Both the position numbers and the translations under genes were made by a program. Below the pieces are notes generated by a model. The model was not told the DNA's origin. It saw only the letters and a program-made list of their open reading frames with translations, and searched no databases. A stretch of 64,000 nucleotides of DNA, taken from a virus (taxonomy: Duplodnaviria > Caudoviricetes). The first letter of the stretch is position 1. Each line of letters begins with the position of its first letter. Positions 19,940 to 29,525 of this stretch are shown here, piece by piece. Location: IMG/VR virus record IMGVR_UViG_2862611759_000001. The stretch is one strand, 5' to 3'.

Positions 19940-19994
19940 CCCCGCGCCCCACGGCGGGGCCAACCCACCCACCCCACCCTCTGGAGGCCCCGCC

Positions 19995-20264
19995 GTGGCC
20001 CACCCCGCGCTGCTCACCCTCTCCGTACTGGCCGGCGTCCTCGCCGGGTACGGCGCCGGGACCGTCTACCACCGCCATCGCGACCGGAACCGCGCCGCCG
20101 CCGTCCGCCTCATCCACAGCTCCCTCGACCGCGACGTCGCCTCCCTGCGCGCCCGGCTCGCCGCGCGCACCACCGCCGACGACGTCCTCACCGAGGCCTG
20201 CGACACCGTCGACGCCGCCTACGCCCACACCCGCCACTCCCAGGAAGGGGGCCCCACCCAGTGA
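19995..20264 (+). CDS. Small membrane protein
   Basis: GGAGG RBS, N-terminal TM helix. Confidence 0.55.
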   Translation: MAHPALLTLSVLAGVLAGYGAGTVYHRHRDRNRAAAVRLIHSSLDRDVASLRARLAARTTADDVLTEACDTVDAAYAHTRHSQEGGPTQ

Positions 20265-21118
20265 CCACCACCGAGACCGCCTACACCGACTTCACCGAAC
20301 ACCGCCACTACGCCTACCGCGGCTGCGCCCCCGACCCGGACCAGCCCCGCATGTCCGCGGCCGACGACACCCTTCCTCTCGACGCCTGGGCGAGGTCTAC
20401 CGAGGACGGCGGCCTGCCCCAGGCCCTGCGCCGTGAGTACGAGCGCCGTGCCATCGCCATCTGCAACCGGTGCCCCGTCCTGGCCGCCTGCCGGATCTAC
20501 GCGAACACCGAGGTCCCCGGCGGCGGCCTGGCCGAGCCGGACCACATCATGGGCGGGCAGCGGTCCCTCGACCGGCACCGGGCGCTCATCGCCAGCCGCA
20601 CGGCCCAGCCGGTTCTGCCAGAACCGGCCCCCACCGCCGCGCTGCCCCCGGCCATCGCGAAGCTCTCCCCGGAGAGCCTCGCGGCCAAGCGCCGCCTCCT
20701 GGCCGCGCTCGCCCGCGAGACCGACGAGGAGCTCGTCGCCTACCGGGCCCACATGGACCTCCGCACCGCGAACTGGCAGCGCTCCGCCCTGTGCACGCTG
20801 CTCGGCCTGGACAAGGAGACCGCGAGCCGCGAACTCCTCCTCGAAGCGGCGCGCGCCTGCGGGATCCTCCCGGCCCGCACCCGGGTCGTGCCCGACGGCC
20901 GCTGGCCGATCGTCGCCGCCCCCAGCACCAACGGCGCCCGCCAGCGACGCATCGAGCGCGGCCGACCGGTCCAGCTCGTCATCCCGGGCCTGCCCGACTA
21001 CCCGCGCGTCCGGCCCGTCCCCGCCCCGGCGGCCGCCCGGCACCTGGTGCTCACGCACCGGGCCCCGGCTGCGTCGCTGCTTCCCCTGCCCGTCCGCATC
21101 ATGGAGACCGCCGCGTGA
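20261..21118 (+). CDS. WhiB-like Fe-S transcription factor with C-terminal extension
   Basis: C...AIAICNRCPVLAAC...IMGG. Confidence 0.65.
   Translation: MTTTETAYTDFTEHRHYAYRGCAPDPDQPRMSAADDTLPLDAWARSTEDGGLPQALRREYERRAIAICNRCPVLAACRIYANTEVPGGGLAEPDHIMGGQRSLDRHRALIASRTAQPVLPEPAPTAALPPAIAKLSPESLAAKRRLLAALARETDEELVAYRAHMDLRTANWQRSALCTLLGLDKETASRELLLEAARACGILPARTRVVPDGRWPIVAAPSTNGARQRRIERGRPVQLVIPGLPDYPRVRPVPAPAAARHLVLTHRAPAASLLPLPVRIMETAA
20609..20627. repeat. Distal parS-like palindrome inside the WhiB-like CDS
   Basis: CCGGTTCTGCCAGAACCGG. Confidence 0.65.
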
Positions 21119-21492
21119 CCACCCACCCCACCACCCTGCGCCAGGCCGACCAGGCCCTCACCGCCCGCGCGGTCTCCTCCGCCCAGTTCCTGGCCGGCGT
21201 CCTCGCGGCCGCCGAGCTCGACGTCGTGGGCCAGCCGGACAAGCTCCCCGAGCTCCTCTTCCCCGACCTGGACGCCGAAGCCGTACGACGCGTGTGGAAC
21301 ACCGCCCTGACCGTCGGGTACCGCCTGCGGAAGCTCGCCGAACAGCCCCGCTGGGACGACGCCGCCCTGCGCCGCCTCCGAGGCTCACTGACAGAAGCCG
21401 GGTACACCGGCATGGGGCAGCTGGCCGAGCGGTCCCTGAACACCCTGCACCCGGCCGACACCGACGTGCGCACCGCCCGGGACCGGACGTGA
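21115..21492 (+). CDS. Hypothetical protein
   Basis: GTGA overlaps on both sides. Confidence 0.55.
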   Translation: MTTHPTTLRQADQALTARAVSSAQFLAGVLAAAELDVVGQPDKLPELLFPDLDAEAVRRVWNTALTVGYRLRKLAEQPRWDDAALRRLRGSLTEAGYTGMGQLAERSLNTLHPADTDVRTARDRT

Positions 21493-21902
21493 CCCGCGGG
21501 CGGGGCCGCCCGCCGACGTTCACGCCCGACGCCCGCGAGAAGTTCCTCGCGGCGGTCACCGCCGGGGCATACCTGCGTGACGCCGCCGCCCGGGTCGGCG
21601 TGACCGGGTACGTGCCCACGCAGTACGCCACCAAAGACCCCGAGTTCGCCGCCGCGTTCCTCGCCGCTCGGGCCGCCGGCCAGGCCGCCCGGAAAGAGGG
21701 GATGGCACACGGCGAGCGCCGGTACAACGACGAGAGGTGCCGCTGCAAGACGGTCTGCAGACCTGCGGCCACCCGCGCCCGCGCGAGGCGCCGGGCCCGT
21801 GCCGCCGAGCAGCCACCCACCGACGGCCCGAGCAGCCCGGCTCCTCCTACTTCCTTTTCGCTGCTGGTCTCTTCCGTTGGACAGGGCCGCACGGCTGCTT
21901 GA
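21489..21902 (+). CDS. HTH protein with a CxCxxC motif
   Basis: GRPPTFT...YLRDAAARVGV HTH and HG...Y...CRCKTVC. Confidence 0.5.
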   Translation: MTRGRGRPPTFTPDAREKFLAAVTAGAYLRDAAARVGVTGYVPTQYATKDPEFAAAFLAARAAGQAARKEGMAHGERRYNDERCRCKTVCRPAATRARARRRARAAEQPPTDGPSSPAPPTSFSLLVSSVGQGRTAA

Positions 21903-22314
21903 ACGACCGACTGTCCGATGACCTGGATATCTGATGACAAGTCGGCTCGTACGACACGACCGGACCGATCCGGAAGGGAGGTAGCTCGATGGCGAGCTCA
22001 AGGGATAGGCTGCGCCTGGCGCCAGACGACCACTCAGACACCGAGCGGACCGAGACGCCCGTTGGCCGGAGCCCTGAAAAGGGCGAAGGCCCCGCTGAAG
22101 TCCTTCGCCGGCAAGCGTTGGAGCGGGGCCGTGGCCGACACACCTCGCCAGAAGGTGCCGGCCTCCGTCGGCACACCCACCGGAAGTTAGGTAAGGCCGA
22201 CATGCAGCAGAGTAGCCGCCCTCCCTGGAGGGCGACCAGTGGGACCCAGTGCTCCGCCGTGAAGATCACACCGGCGTCGAGCGCGGGCCACACCACGACT
22301 ACCCCCACCACGCG

Positions 22315-22572
22315 ATGAGCAGCCCGGCCGGGCAGTCCTCGGCCGCCGCTGACCTGACGCTGCCCGAGAGCAGGCGCCAGCTCCTGAAGCTGTCCTCCCT
22401 GACGGGCGCCGCGAGCCCCACGAAGACCGCCGAGGCGCGGCAGTTCGCGCTGGCGATACTCGCCGCCTCTGACCGCGCCGACCATCAGGCAGCCGGGATT
22501 CCTCGCCTCGAGGACCGGCGTGACGAACGAACGAGAGAGAGAGAGAGATCAGATGACGTAGCGACTTCCTAG
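22315..22572 (+). CDS. Hypothetical protein
   Basis: Open frame of 85 aa with weak RBS support. Confidence 0.35.
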   Translation: MSSPAGQSSAAADLTLPESRRQLLKLSSLTGAASPTKTAEARQFALAILAASDRADHQAAGIPRLEDRRDERTRERERSDDVATS

Positions 22573-22781
22573 GCGGGAGGTCCCTGGGCCCCTTGGCGGG
22601 GGCACATCCTCAACCGCCGGCCGCTGGTGTTGGCGCACCGTGCGCGGCCACTTCCTACGGCTCGAAGTTGGCGCTTCGAGCTAAGGCCCGAACTTCAGAT
22701 CCCGTTTGGCGACGGGGCCCGAGTTTCGAGCGTCCTTCAGGTTCGCACCAGAACCAGCACCCACCGAAGCGGGGCTTTTTC

Positions 22782-24104
22782 ATGCCCTCTTCCGAGAGCA
22801 GGAACGGGTACATAGTGCAGTACGACGCTGCTGTTTGTCAGCTTCCGCGCGCCCGAGAGGGCGATTCGCGGCTTATCTCCCTCCCCTCGGGTGACATCCC
22901 GTGCCAGAGAACCGTCTCCGAGCACGTCCTCGTGCGCGGTGCCGAGCAGGAGATCGCGCACACGGCGTCCCGCCGGACGGGCCCCCGCCGGTGGCTCCGC
23001 TCGACCCGCTGGCTCATCCAGGCCGGCTACCACCCACGCGCCAACCGCACGACGCTCGCCGTCGCTGAGGACCTCGCTGCGCGCATGGACTACGACACCG
23101 GGCACGCCCGGTACTGCCTCGACGAGATGGCCGCCCGCCTCGGCATCAACCGGGCGACCGTGAAGCGGCACGTCGCCGTCCTCCGCGAGCTCGGCGCCCT
23201 CGTCTGGGTCGTGCACGGCACCAAGACCAACGTCCGCCGCGCCCTCGGCCTGACCGGCTACGCCGGCACCGCCACCATCTACGCCGCGGTGATCCCCCCG
23301 GTCTACGACCGCGCCATGGGCCACCGGATCATCGGCTCCGGCTACGAGGCCCGCGCCCTCGCCACCCCCCCGAAGCCTGTGGACAACCCGCCTGTGGAAA
23401 ACCGCTGTGCGCCCCCTTCCCTGGTCTCGGTAGATGAGGAGGGTCAGGTGCAGGTAGTGGGTGGTGAAGAAGACACGACGCGCAAGCGCGCGCGGCGAAC
23501 CGCATCCACCTCGACCGACAACAAGCGCAACAGCAACGGCGGGGCCGCCCGCCGTTCTCCCGCTCAGGTCGCCCGGGAGCTCCAGGAGACCCGCCTGGTC
23601 CGCGCCCTGGTCAACTGGACGCAGGGCGAGCGGCGGCTCCGGCGGCTCGCGTTCGTGCTGCGGCCGCTCTTCGACCGGGGTCTGACCGGGCAGCAGATCG
23701 CCGACGAGCTCAGCGGCATGTGCCTGGGCTGGCGTCCGAAGCACCCGGCCGCCTTCATCCGCAGCACCCTGGCCCAGGACGCCGCGCGCCTTGCCGAGCT
23801 CGACTCCGCCTCGCACGAGGAGGGCCCCCGGAACGCCGTCGGCGACTGGGCTGGCTGCGCTCTCCCCGTCGCTGAGGGAGCCGGGATCGACGTCGCCGAG
23901 GGCGAGATCGACCTCAGCACCGAGGACCTCGCCGAGATGCAGCTGCAGGCCACCTCCGACCTCGGCATCGTCCGCGCCTGGATCGCCACCGCGGGCGAGG
24001 ACGGCGCGCGCAAGGTGTACGGCGACCGGCTCGTCCGCCTGGCCCAGCTCGAGATCTCCACGAACATCCGCATCAACCCCTGGAAGGACGCCACCTATGC
24101 CTGA
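22782..24104 (+). CDS. Replication initiator protein (winged-HTH Rep)
   Basis: HTH DEMAARLGINRATVKRHVAVLRELGAL. Internal DnaA boxes. Lies upstream of dciA and parBA. Start uncertain. Confidence 0.65.
   Translation: MPSSESRNGYIVQYDAAVCQLPRAREGDSRLISLPSGDIPCQRTVSEHVLVRGAEQEIAHTASRRTGPRRWLRSTRWLIQAGYHPRANRTTLAVAEDLAARMDYDTGHARYCLDEMAARLGINRATVKRHVAVLRELGALVWVVHGTKTNVRRALGLTGYAGTATIYAAVIPPVYDRAMGHRIIGSGYEARALATPPKPVDNPPVENRCAPPSLVSVDEEGQVQVVGGEEDTTRKRARRTASTSTDNKRNSNGGAARRSPAQVARELQETRLVRALVNWTQGERRLRRLAFVLRPLFDRGLTGQQIADELSGMCLGWRPKHPAAFIRSTLAQDAARLAELDSASHEEGPRNAVGDWAGCALPVAEGAGIDVAEGEIDLSTEDLAEMQLQATSDLGIVRAWIATAGEDGARKVYGDRLVRLAQLEISTNIRINPWKDATYA
23378..23401 (-). promoter_or_regulatory. 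Two DnaA boxes inside rep (probable origin)
   Basis: TGTGGACAA (reverse complement TTGTCCACA, perfect box) at 23378 and TGTGGAAAA (one mismatch) at 23393. Confidence 0.6.
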
Positions 24105-24909
24105 CGCACCGCGCCCCTCCGGCGCCGACCTCGCCCGCCAGGCCCTCGCCGCCTACAAGACCGGCCGCCGACCGGGCACCGGACCGGTCAAGCCCGTCCG
24201 CCGGCTCCAGCGCCGCGGCATCGACGGCCGCGACCCCCAGACCTTCGGCGCCGTCCTCGACCGGCTCCGCACCGAGCAGGGCTGGACCGGCCGAGTCCAG
24301 GGCGGCAACATCCTCGCCCGCTGGACCGAGCTCTACCCGCAGTACGACGGGAACGTCCTGGCCGTCGCCTACGACGCCGAACGCCGCCGCCTCGACCTGC
24401 GTCCCGGATCCCCCGCCTACGCCACCCAACTGCGACTCCTCGGCGGACAGCTCTGCCACCAGATCAACGACAAGGTCGGTGCGGATGCCGTCCGCAGCAT
24501 CCGCGTCCTGCCGATCGGAACGGTCACCCCCGCCGAGCCAGATCGGTTTACCGCGGTAAACCCCGAGGCCGCCCCGGGCGCCGAGGCAAGGTCGGTCCGG
24601 AGCCGGGAAACCGCGTCGGCCGGCTACCACCAAGCCCTCGCCGCCCACCGAGAGGCCTACCGCCCACCGGCCGCCAGCACCGAGTTCGCCACCCTGTGCG
24701 CCGAGGCCGAGGCCCGCCAGGTCGCCGCCCTTCGCGCCCACCGCGAGGCCCCCGAGGCCCACGCCGAGTACCTGGCCCAACTGGAGCTGCAGCAGCGCGG
24801 CCTGCCCAGCGACGACTACGAGACCACCATCCAGGCCGCGCTACGCCGGGCCCGCACCGGCCAGCCCACCGGCAGCCGCGAGCCCCGACAGGTCTTCGGC
24901 GCTGCCTGA
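24097..24909 (+). CDS. dciA: DciA/DUF721-family helicase-loader-like protein
   Basis: SGADLARQAL...RDPQTFGAVL...GW...ILARW...SPAYATQLRLL...IN...G..AVRSIRV fits actinobacterial DciA. Confidence 0.75.
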   Translation: MPDAPRPSGADLARQALAAYKTGRRPGTGPVKPVRRLQRRGIDGRDPQTFGAVLDRLRTEQGWTGRVQGGNILARWTELYPQYDGNVLAVAYDAERRRLDLRPGSPAYATQLRLLGGQLCHQINDKVGADAVRSIRVLPIGTVTPAEPDRFTAVNPEAAPGAEARSVRSRETASAGYHQALAAHREAYRPPAASTEFATLCAEAEARQVAALRAHREAPEAHAEYLAQLELQQRGLPSDDYETTIQAALRRARTGQPTGSREPRQVFGAA

Positions 24910-24996
24910 CCCGGGGGAACGATCGGCTGATCCTCCGCCAGCCTGGAAGCTCACGACACCCGCTGGAGGATCCAGGCACCCATCTCCTGCACCATC

Positions 24997-25109
24997 GGTT
25001 CTGCCAGAACCGGGGTACTCCGTTGTGCGACGTACCTTCAGAACCGGGCATTCAATGGCAATAGGAACGCACTACCCGGACCTGGCGCCGAATCGGTTCT
25101 GGCGGAACC
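24997..25109. repeat. parS-like palindromes upstream of parB (2 copies)
   Basis: GGTTCTGCCAGAACC at 24997 and GGTTCTGGCGGAACC at 25095. Confidence 0.75.
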
Positions 25110-25149
25110 GGTAAGGTCCCCTTCGAATCTCGGCACCACAGGAGGACTC

Positions 25150-26562
25150 ATGCCGCGCAAGGGATCGGGCGGATCACAGAACACGACCGGGGCAGGCATG
25201 TCCGACGTGCCTCTCCGGCCCACCGCGCTCCCCCGGAAGGCGGCGACGAACAGCATCATCGCCAACCCCAGGAACCTGCGCGACGGCGACCTGTGGGAGA
25301 ACGAGAAGCAGATGCAGGACATGGTGCACTCGATCCGCACCGTGGGCCTCATCCAGCCGCTGGTCGTCTGCACCCGCGAGGGATACCTCAAAGCTCATCC
25401 CGCGGATGAAGAACTGGTCGCGGCCGCCGACTTCGTCATCCTGGCCGGCCACCGCCGACACGCTGCCTGCCTCGAAGCTCCCCTCGACACGGTGCGCATC
25501 GAGGTCAACGACGACCAGATCCCCAACATGGACCTCCTCATGCTGGAGGAGAACCTGAAGCGCAAGGAGCTGACGGTCCTCCAGGAGGCCGAGGGCTACC
25601 GTCGCATCGAGGCCAAGGGCGACAGTCACGCGACGATCGCCGCGAAGGTGGGCAAGTCCAAGTCGACCATCACCAAGCGCCTCGCAATGCTTCGGCTTCC
25701 TGACGAAGCCAAGCGGGCGCTCCTCGACAAGACGCTCACCATCGACAACGCCTACAACCTCTACACCGCCCTCGGCAGGGAAGAGGGCGGGAGCCTGCAC
25801 CTGCTGCTCACCGCCAACGAGATCCTCCGCAGCGACCGCACCCAGACCGCCATGGACGCCGTCAACAGGGTCCTGGCCGGTTCTGCCAGAACCGAAGCAG
25901 AACCGTCCTCCGCCACCCCGTCGAACACCAGGCAGCAGACGGCACCCGCTGCGGTGGCGGTTCTGGCAGAACCGGTTCAGGGCCCCACGGGCGTATCTCA
26001 GGACGATGCCTCCGTCCCTCACGCGCGCACCGAACCGGTTCTGCCAGAACCGGAAAGCGGCTCCGAGGACAGCGAGGCCCGCGAGCTCGTGCCCGCCGCC
26101 GAGGCCCCGCCCGCTGGGCAGCCTGAGCACGACGGATCGCCCGCCGAAGAAGTCAACGAGGTCCGGCAGCATGCGCTCGCGGCCGCGAGGCGCAACGAGT
26201 ACTGCAAGGAGCACGTGGCCGCCTACACCAACCCGGTCGTCGACTCCCACAGCAGCCGGGTGGCCGAGATGGCTGTCCGGCAAGCCTCACCCGCTGCCAT
26301 CGCCCGCGCCCACAAGTGGCTCAAGGAGCACGACGCGGACGCCGCCGGCGTTGGCGAGACCAGCTACCGCGACATGGTCCTCATGCTGGGCGAGCCTGCC
26401 CTTTCCCGGTTCGCCTACGCCGTTGCCCTGGGCGAGGCAGAGAACCGAGCTTCCGACCGCCGCCGACGCATCTGGGACTCCAGGGACGTCGCCTACCTGC
26501 AGCACCTGGTCGACGTCGGCTACGAGCCGACGTCCTGGGAGAAGCAGCACCTCAGCCGATGA
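25150..26562 (+). CDS. parB: ParB-family partition protein
   Basis: NPRN, SIRTVGLIQPLVV, ILAGHRRHAA (CTPase box), LEENLKRKEL, HTH IAAKVGKSKSTITKRL. Confidence 0.9.
   Translation: MPRKGSGGSQNTTGAGMSDVPLRPTALPRKAATNSIIANPRNLRDGDLWENEKQMQDMVHSIRTVGLIQPLVVCTREGYLKAHPADEELVAAADFVILAGHRRHAACLEAPLDTVRIEVNDDQIPNMDLLMLEENLKRKELTVLQEAEGYRRIEAKGDSHATIAAKVGKSKSTITKRLAMLRLPDEAKRALLDKTLTIDNAYNLYTALGREEGGSLHLLLTANEILRSDRTQTAMDAVNRVLAGSARTEAEPSSATPSNTRQQTAPAAVAVLAEPVQGPTGVSQDDASVPHARTEPVLPEPESGSEDSEARELVPAAEAPPAGQPEHDGSPAEEVNEVRQHALAAARRNEYCKEHVAAYTNPVVDSHSSRVAEMAVRQASPAAIARAHKWLKEHDADAAGVGETSYRDMVLMLGEPALSRFAYAVALGEAENRASDRRRRIWDSRDVAYLQHLVDVGYEPTSWEKQHLSR
25879..26051. repeat. parS-like palindromes inside parB (3 copies)
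   Basis: GGTTCTG(C/G)CAGAACC at 25879, 25959 and 26037, in the low-complexity linker. Confidence 0.75.
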
Positions 26563-26585
26563 CGCGCCCCCGCCCTGGAGCCTCC

Positions 26586-27473
26586 ATGAACCCCACTTAC
26601 CTGCCCCCGAAGTACGCCCCTCATCTACAGATCCCGGTCTTCCTCGTGATGAACCGGGCCGGCTCCGTCGGCAAGACGAGTGTCGCCAACAGCGTCTTCA
26701 CGCTCGCTGCCCTCCGAGGCTGGACAGGCCTCATCATCGACGCCGACCTGCAGAGCGACATGTCCTTCTGGTTCGGCTACGACGGCGACATGGTGCCGGA
26801 GGACACTCCGACGATCCACGACCTGATGCTCGGCAGCGCCACTCTCGAAGCCGTGACGGTGCCCGCGCGCACTCGGATCGCGGCCGGACAAGGCGACGAC
26901 GCCTTCCAGGAGATCCCCGGCCTCGACCTCGTCCGCGGCGACATCAAGATGAAGCAGGCAGACGGCGAGCTCGTCAGCGCCAAGGACGCTCTCGCGGTGT
27001 TCTGGCTGCAGAACGTCATCCGCAAGCAGGTCCCCCAGGGCAAGTACGACTTCATCGTCATCGACGCGCCGGCGTCCTACGGGCGCCTGTCCGAGTCGCT
27101 GCTCGTGGCCGCCACGGACGTCATCACGATGATGAAGCCGATGCGGAAGGAGCTCCGTGGCGCCGCGGCGCTTGCCAAGGAGATCGTCTCGCTCAACGAC
27201 GACTACGACAGGCACGACGTACGGGTCTCGCCGACCTGGTACTGCATCAACGACGCCAAGGTCGCCAGCCAGGGCCACTTCTTCAGCAACATTCAGGACG
27301 AGGCCCGTGAGATCTACGGCGATCGACTCCTTCCCGAGCTGAAGAACGCGGTCATCGTCGCCGAGGCGTACGACGCTCAAGAGCCGCTGCCGATCTGGGC
27401 GCCGAAATCCGAGTCGATGAAGACCATCGGCCTCATCGCGGACCAGCTGGGCTTCCCCGAGAAGAGGGCGTAG
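26586..27473 (+). CDS. parA: ParA-family partition ATPase
   Basis: Deviant Walker A NRAGSVGKTS, IIDADLQ, YDFIVIDAP. Alternative start at 26559. Confidence 0.9.
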   Translation: MNPTYLPPKYAPHLQIPVFLVMNRAGSVGKTSVANSVFTLAALRGWTGLIIDADLQSDMSFWFGYDGDMVPEDTPTIHDLMLGSATLEAVTVPARTRIAAGQGDDAFQEIPGLDLVRGDIKMKQADGELVSAKDALAVFWLQNVIRKQVPQGKYDFIVIDAPASYGRLSESLLVAATDVITMMKPMRKELRGAAALAKEIVSLNDDYDRHDVRVSPTWYCINDAKVASQGHFFSNIQDEAREIYGDRLLPELKNAVIVAEAYDAQEPLPIWAPKSESMKTIGLIADQLGFPEKRA

Positions 27474-27475
27474 CC

Positions 27476-27660
27476 GGTTCTGGCAGAACCGGTCCGTCGC
27501 ATGCAGCCGGCCGGTTCTCCGGAAGCGTGTGAGCCGCTGGCCTCGAGCACTGCCAACGTCGTCTGGTCGGTTCTGGCAGAACCGACCAGACGACGCGCTG
27601 TTGGTCCGTCGCAACACATCGCCCCGCAGCCCAGCACTGGATGCCGGTTCTGGCAGAACC
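27476..27660. repeat. parS-like cluster downstream of parA (3 copies)
   Basis: GGTTCTGGCAGAACC at 27476, 27569 and 27646. The middle copy is embedded in a perfect 19-1-19 inverted repeat (27557-27595). Confidence 0.8.
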
Positions 27661-28043
27661 GGGGTACCGCCCTGGCGAGGCGTCTGGCTACAATCGCCGT
27701 CATCTGACGGGCGTGCCCCGTGAGGTCTCTGAGCCCCTGTGGGCTGGGTCGTTGTCGGCAAAACTCCGTCCCTTCCTGCAGGGGCTTCTTCATGGCCGGA
27801 ACACGGCGGCCACAGAAACCGACCATTTTCGGCCCAGCGCAGAGCGGTCTGGCGCAAAATGTGTGGTTTGTTTGTGGAGGGTGACGTCAAAAACAGACCG
27901 CGCCTCCCCACGACGGGCGTTTTGGTGCGACAGTGGCGTACCTGGGGCGGGCGGCAGCCGCCCCGGCCCGACGGATCTGGCCAAGGGGAGTGCCAGGGTC
28001 GTCGGAACCCTTCCCGGACTGCCCCCGGAGCGGAGACGCCCCA

Positions 28044-28388
28044 ATGCCCTCAGCAGAGCACGCCCCCGTGCCCCAGCCGGCCGTCCTTGCCCGGCCCGGC
28101 ACAGGAAACGTGATCCCGCTTGCCGACCGCCGGTGCCCGCAGCGCGCAGCGGAGCGTGCCGCCCGCGCCGACCCGAAGTCCGAGCTCGCCTACACCGTTC
28201 AGGCCATGCTCCTTGCCCGGGGCCAGAGTCTCACCGACCCCGCGACCGCTGAGACCTTCGACGCCACGATGGGTGCCGTCCTCCTCATGGTCGACGGCGC
28301 GCGCGCCCAGGCGCTCATGGACGACAGCGGCTGGCACGCCCTGCGCGCGATGTTCGAGGAGATGAGGCAGGCCCCGACGCTCGTCTGA
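28044..28388 (+). CDS. Hypothetical protein
   Basis: GGAG RBS, helical 114 aa. Confidence 0.55.
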   Translation: MPSAEHAPVPQPAVLARPGTGNVIPLADRRCPQRAAERAARADPKSELAYTVQAMLLARGQSLTDPATAETFDATMGAVLLMVDGARAQALMDDSGWHALRAMFEEMRQAPTLV

Positions 28389-28595
28389 GCCGGTGCGGCT
28401 AGGGTCGTGCCGCACCCGGCGGCCCGTTGCTGCCTGTTGATCTTTCTGTACGGTCAGTTCACCACGGGCCCCATCTGTGCCACGATGGGGCGTCCGGAAC
28501 ACCCGGAGTGACAGACTCCGGCCCCGGGCGCGCGTCCCTGGCACTCACCGTCACGCACCGCGCCCTGACGGGGCCGCACAGCGGACGGGGAGACG

Positions 28596-29135
28596 ATGAC
28601 CGCAGGGGACGACACCACGACGCCAGCAGCACGACTCCGGCTCCTGCAGGCCGAGTTCCTCCAGCCCGGCCCGGGCGAGCGTGCCGAGCGCGTCACCACC
28701 AGCACGACGCCGGCGGCGCCGATCCGGCTCAGCGTCTACGAGCACATCCGCGCCAGCGTCGAGGAGGCCGCCGAGCACACCCGCGCCGCGGCCCCCGACG
28801 CGGCCCCCAGGCCCCGTGGACTTGACGAACTGTACGGCTGGATGGTCGCGGAAACTGCGCACCTGGACGCCGAGCGGCAGCAGGCCCGCGACGCCCTGAT
28901 CTACCGGCAGGGCCTGGAGCACGCGATCCTCATGGGCGAGGAGTCCGTCATCCGTCGGCACGCCTGCCCCGGCTGTGCCACCTGGAGCCTGTTCTGGCGG
29001 CCCGAGCGCCGCGCCGCTGTCTGCGTGAATCGTTACTGCGCCGACGACGACGGCGTGTCGACGTACTGGACGCTCGCCCAGATCGCCAAGGAGTACATCG
29101 CCCGGCAGGCGGTCTCCGCCCGCCGTGCAACCTGA
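28596..29135 (+). CDS. Hypothetical Zn-finger protein
   Basis: GGGAG RBS. CPGC...CVNRYC. Confidence 0.65.
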   Translation: MTAGDDTTTPAARLRLLQAEFLQPGPGERAERVTTSTTPAAPIRLSVYEHIRASVEEAAEHTRAAAPDAAPRPRGLDELYGWMVAETAHLDAERQQARDALIYRQGLEHAILMGEESVIRRHACPGCATWSLFWRPERRAAVCVNRYCADDDGVSTYWTLAQIAKEYIARQAVSARRAT

Positions 29136-29274
29136 TGGCCCTCTCGCGGGTCTAACCTGCATCCTCTGTCCGTCCTCATCACCGTGGCCGCCTAAGCCGG
29201 CCGCGCTCAACCGTTTAACCCGCATACCGGCCGCCGGAGCTGCGAACGATGGCCGCCGATACTCGGGAGCCCCA

Positions 29275-29508
29275 GTGGCCAGCACCATCGCCCAGCCCAC
29301 CCTGCCCAAGCTCGACCTGGTGACGTACAAGGAGGCCAAGGCGCTGTTCGCCGAGACTGGTCATGCCGTCTCGGAGAGCACGATGCGCCGATGGATGAAG
29401 GAGGGCGGCCGCGTCACCGTGAGGATGGCCGGCGGCGTCTACGTCTCGTTCTCTGACCTTCTCGTCGCCCACGGGGACTGGGTGGCCGCCGCCGCGACCA
29501 TCCCCTGA
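29275..29508 (+). CDS. Small HTH (Xis/MerR-like) DNA-binding protein
   Basis: LVTYKEAKALF...VSESTMRRW...YVSFSDL. Confidence 0.6.
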   Translation: MASTIAQPTLPKLDLVTYKEAKALFAETGHAVSESTMRRWMKEGGRVTVRMAGGVYVSFSDLLVAHGDWVAAAATIP

Positions 29509-29525
29509 CCCTCCACCGCCTGCTC

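Noticed and set aside
22533-22548. (GA)n tract as a phase-variation switch
   Set aside because: It lies at the tail of a doubtful ORF and nothing in one sequence shows length variation.
27557-27595. Long inverted repeat as a protelomerase (telRL) site
   Set aside because: It has an odd 1-nt centre identical to the parS core, and no protelomerase was recognised in the window.
24997-27660. Repeated palindromes considered as a CRISPR array
   Set aside because: Only 15-19 bp, irregularly spaced, partly intragenic and with no cas genes. Position around parBA fits parS.
27800-27910. AT-richer stretch resembling a gamma-butyrolactone receptor (ARE) box
   Set aside because: Only a partial half-site match and no TetR-family receptor in the window. 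Probably an ordinary promoter region.
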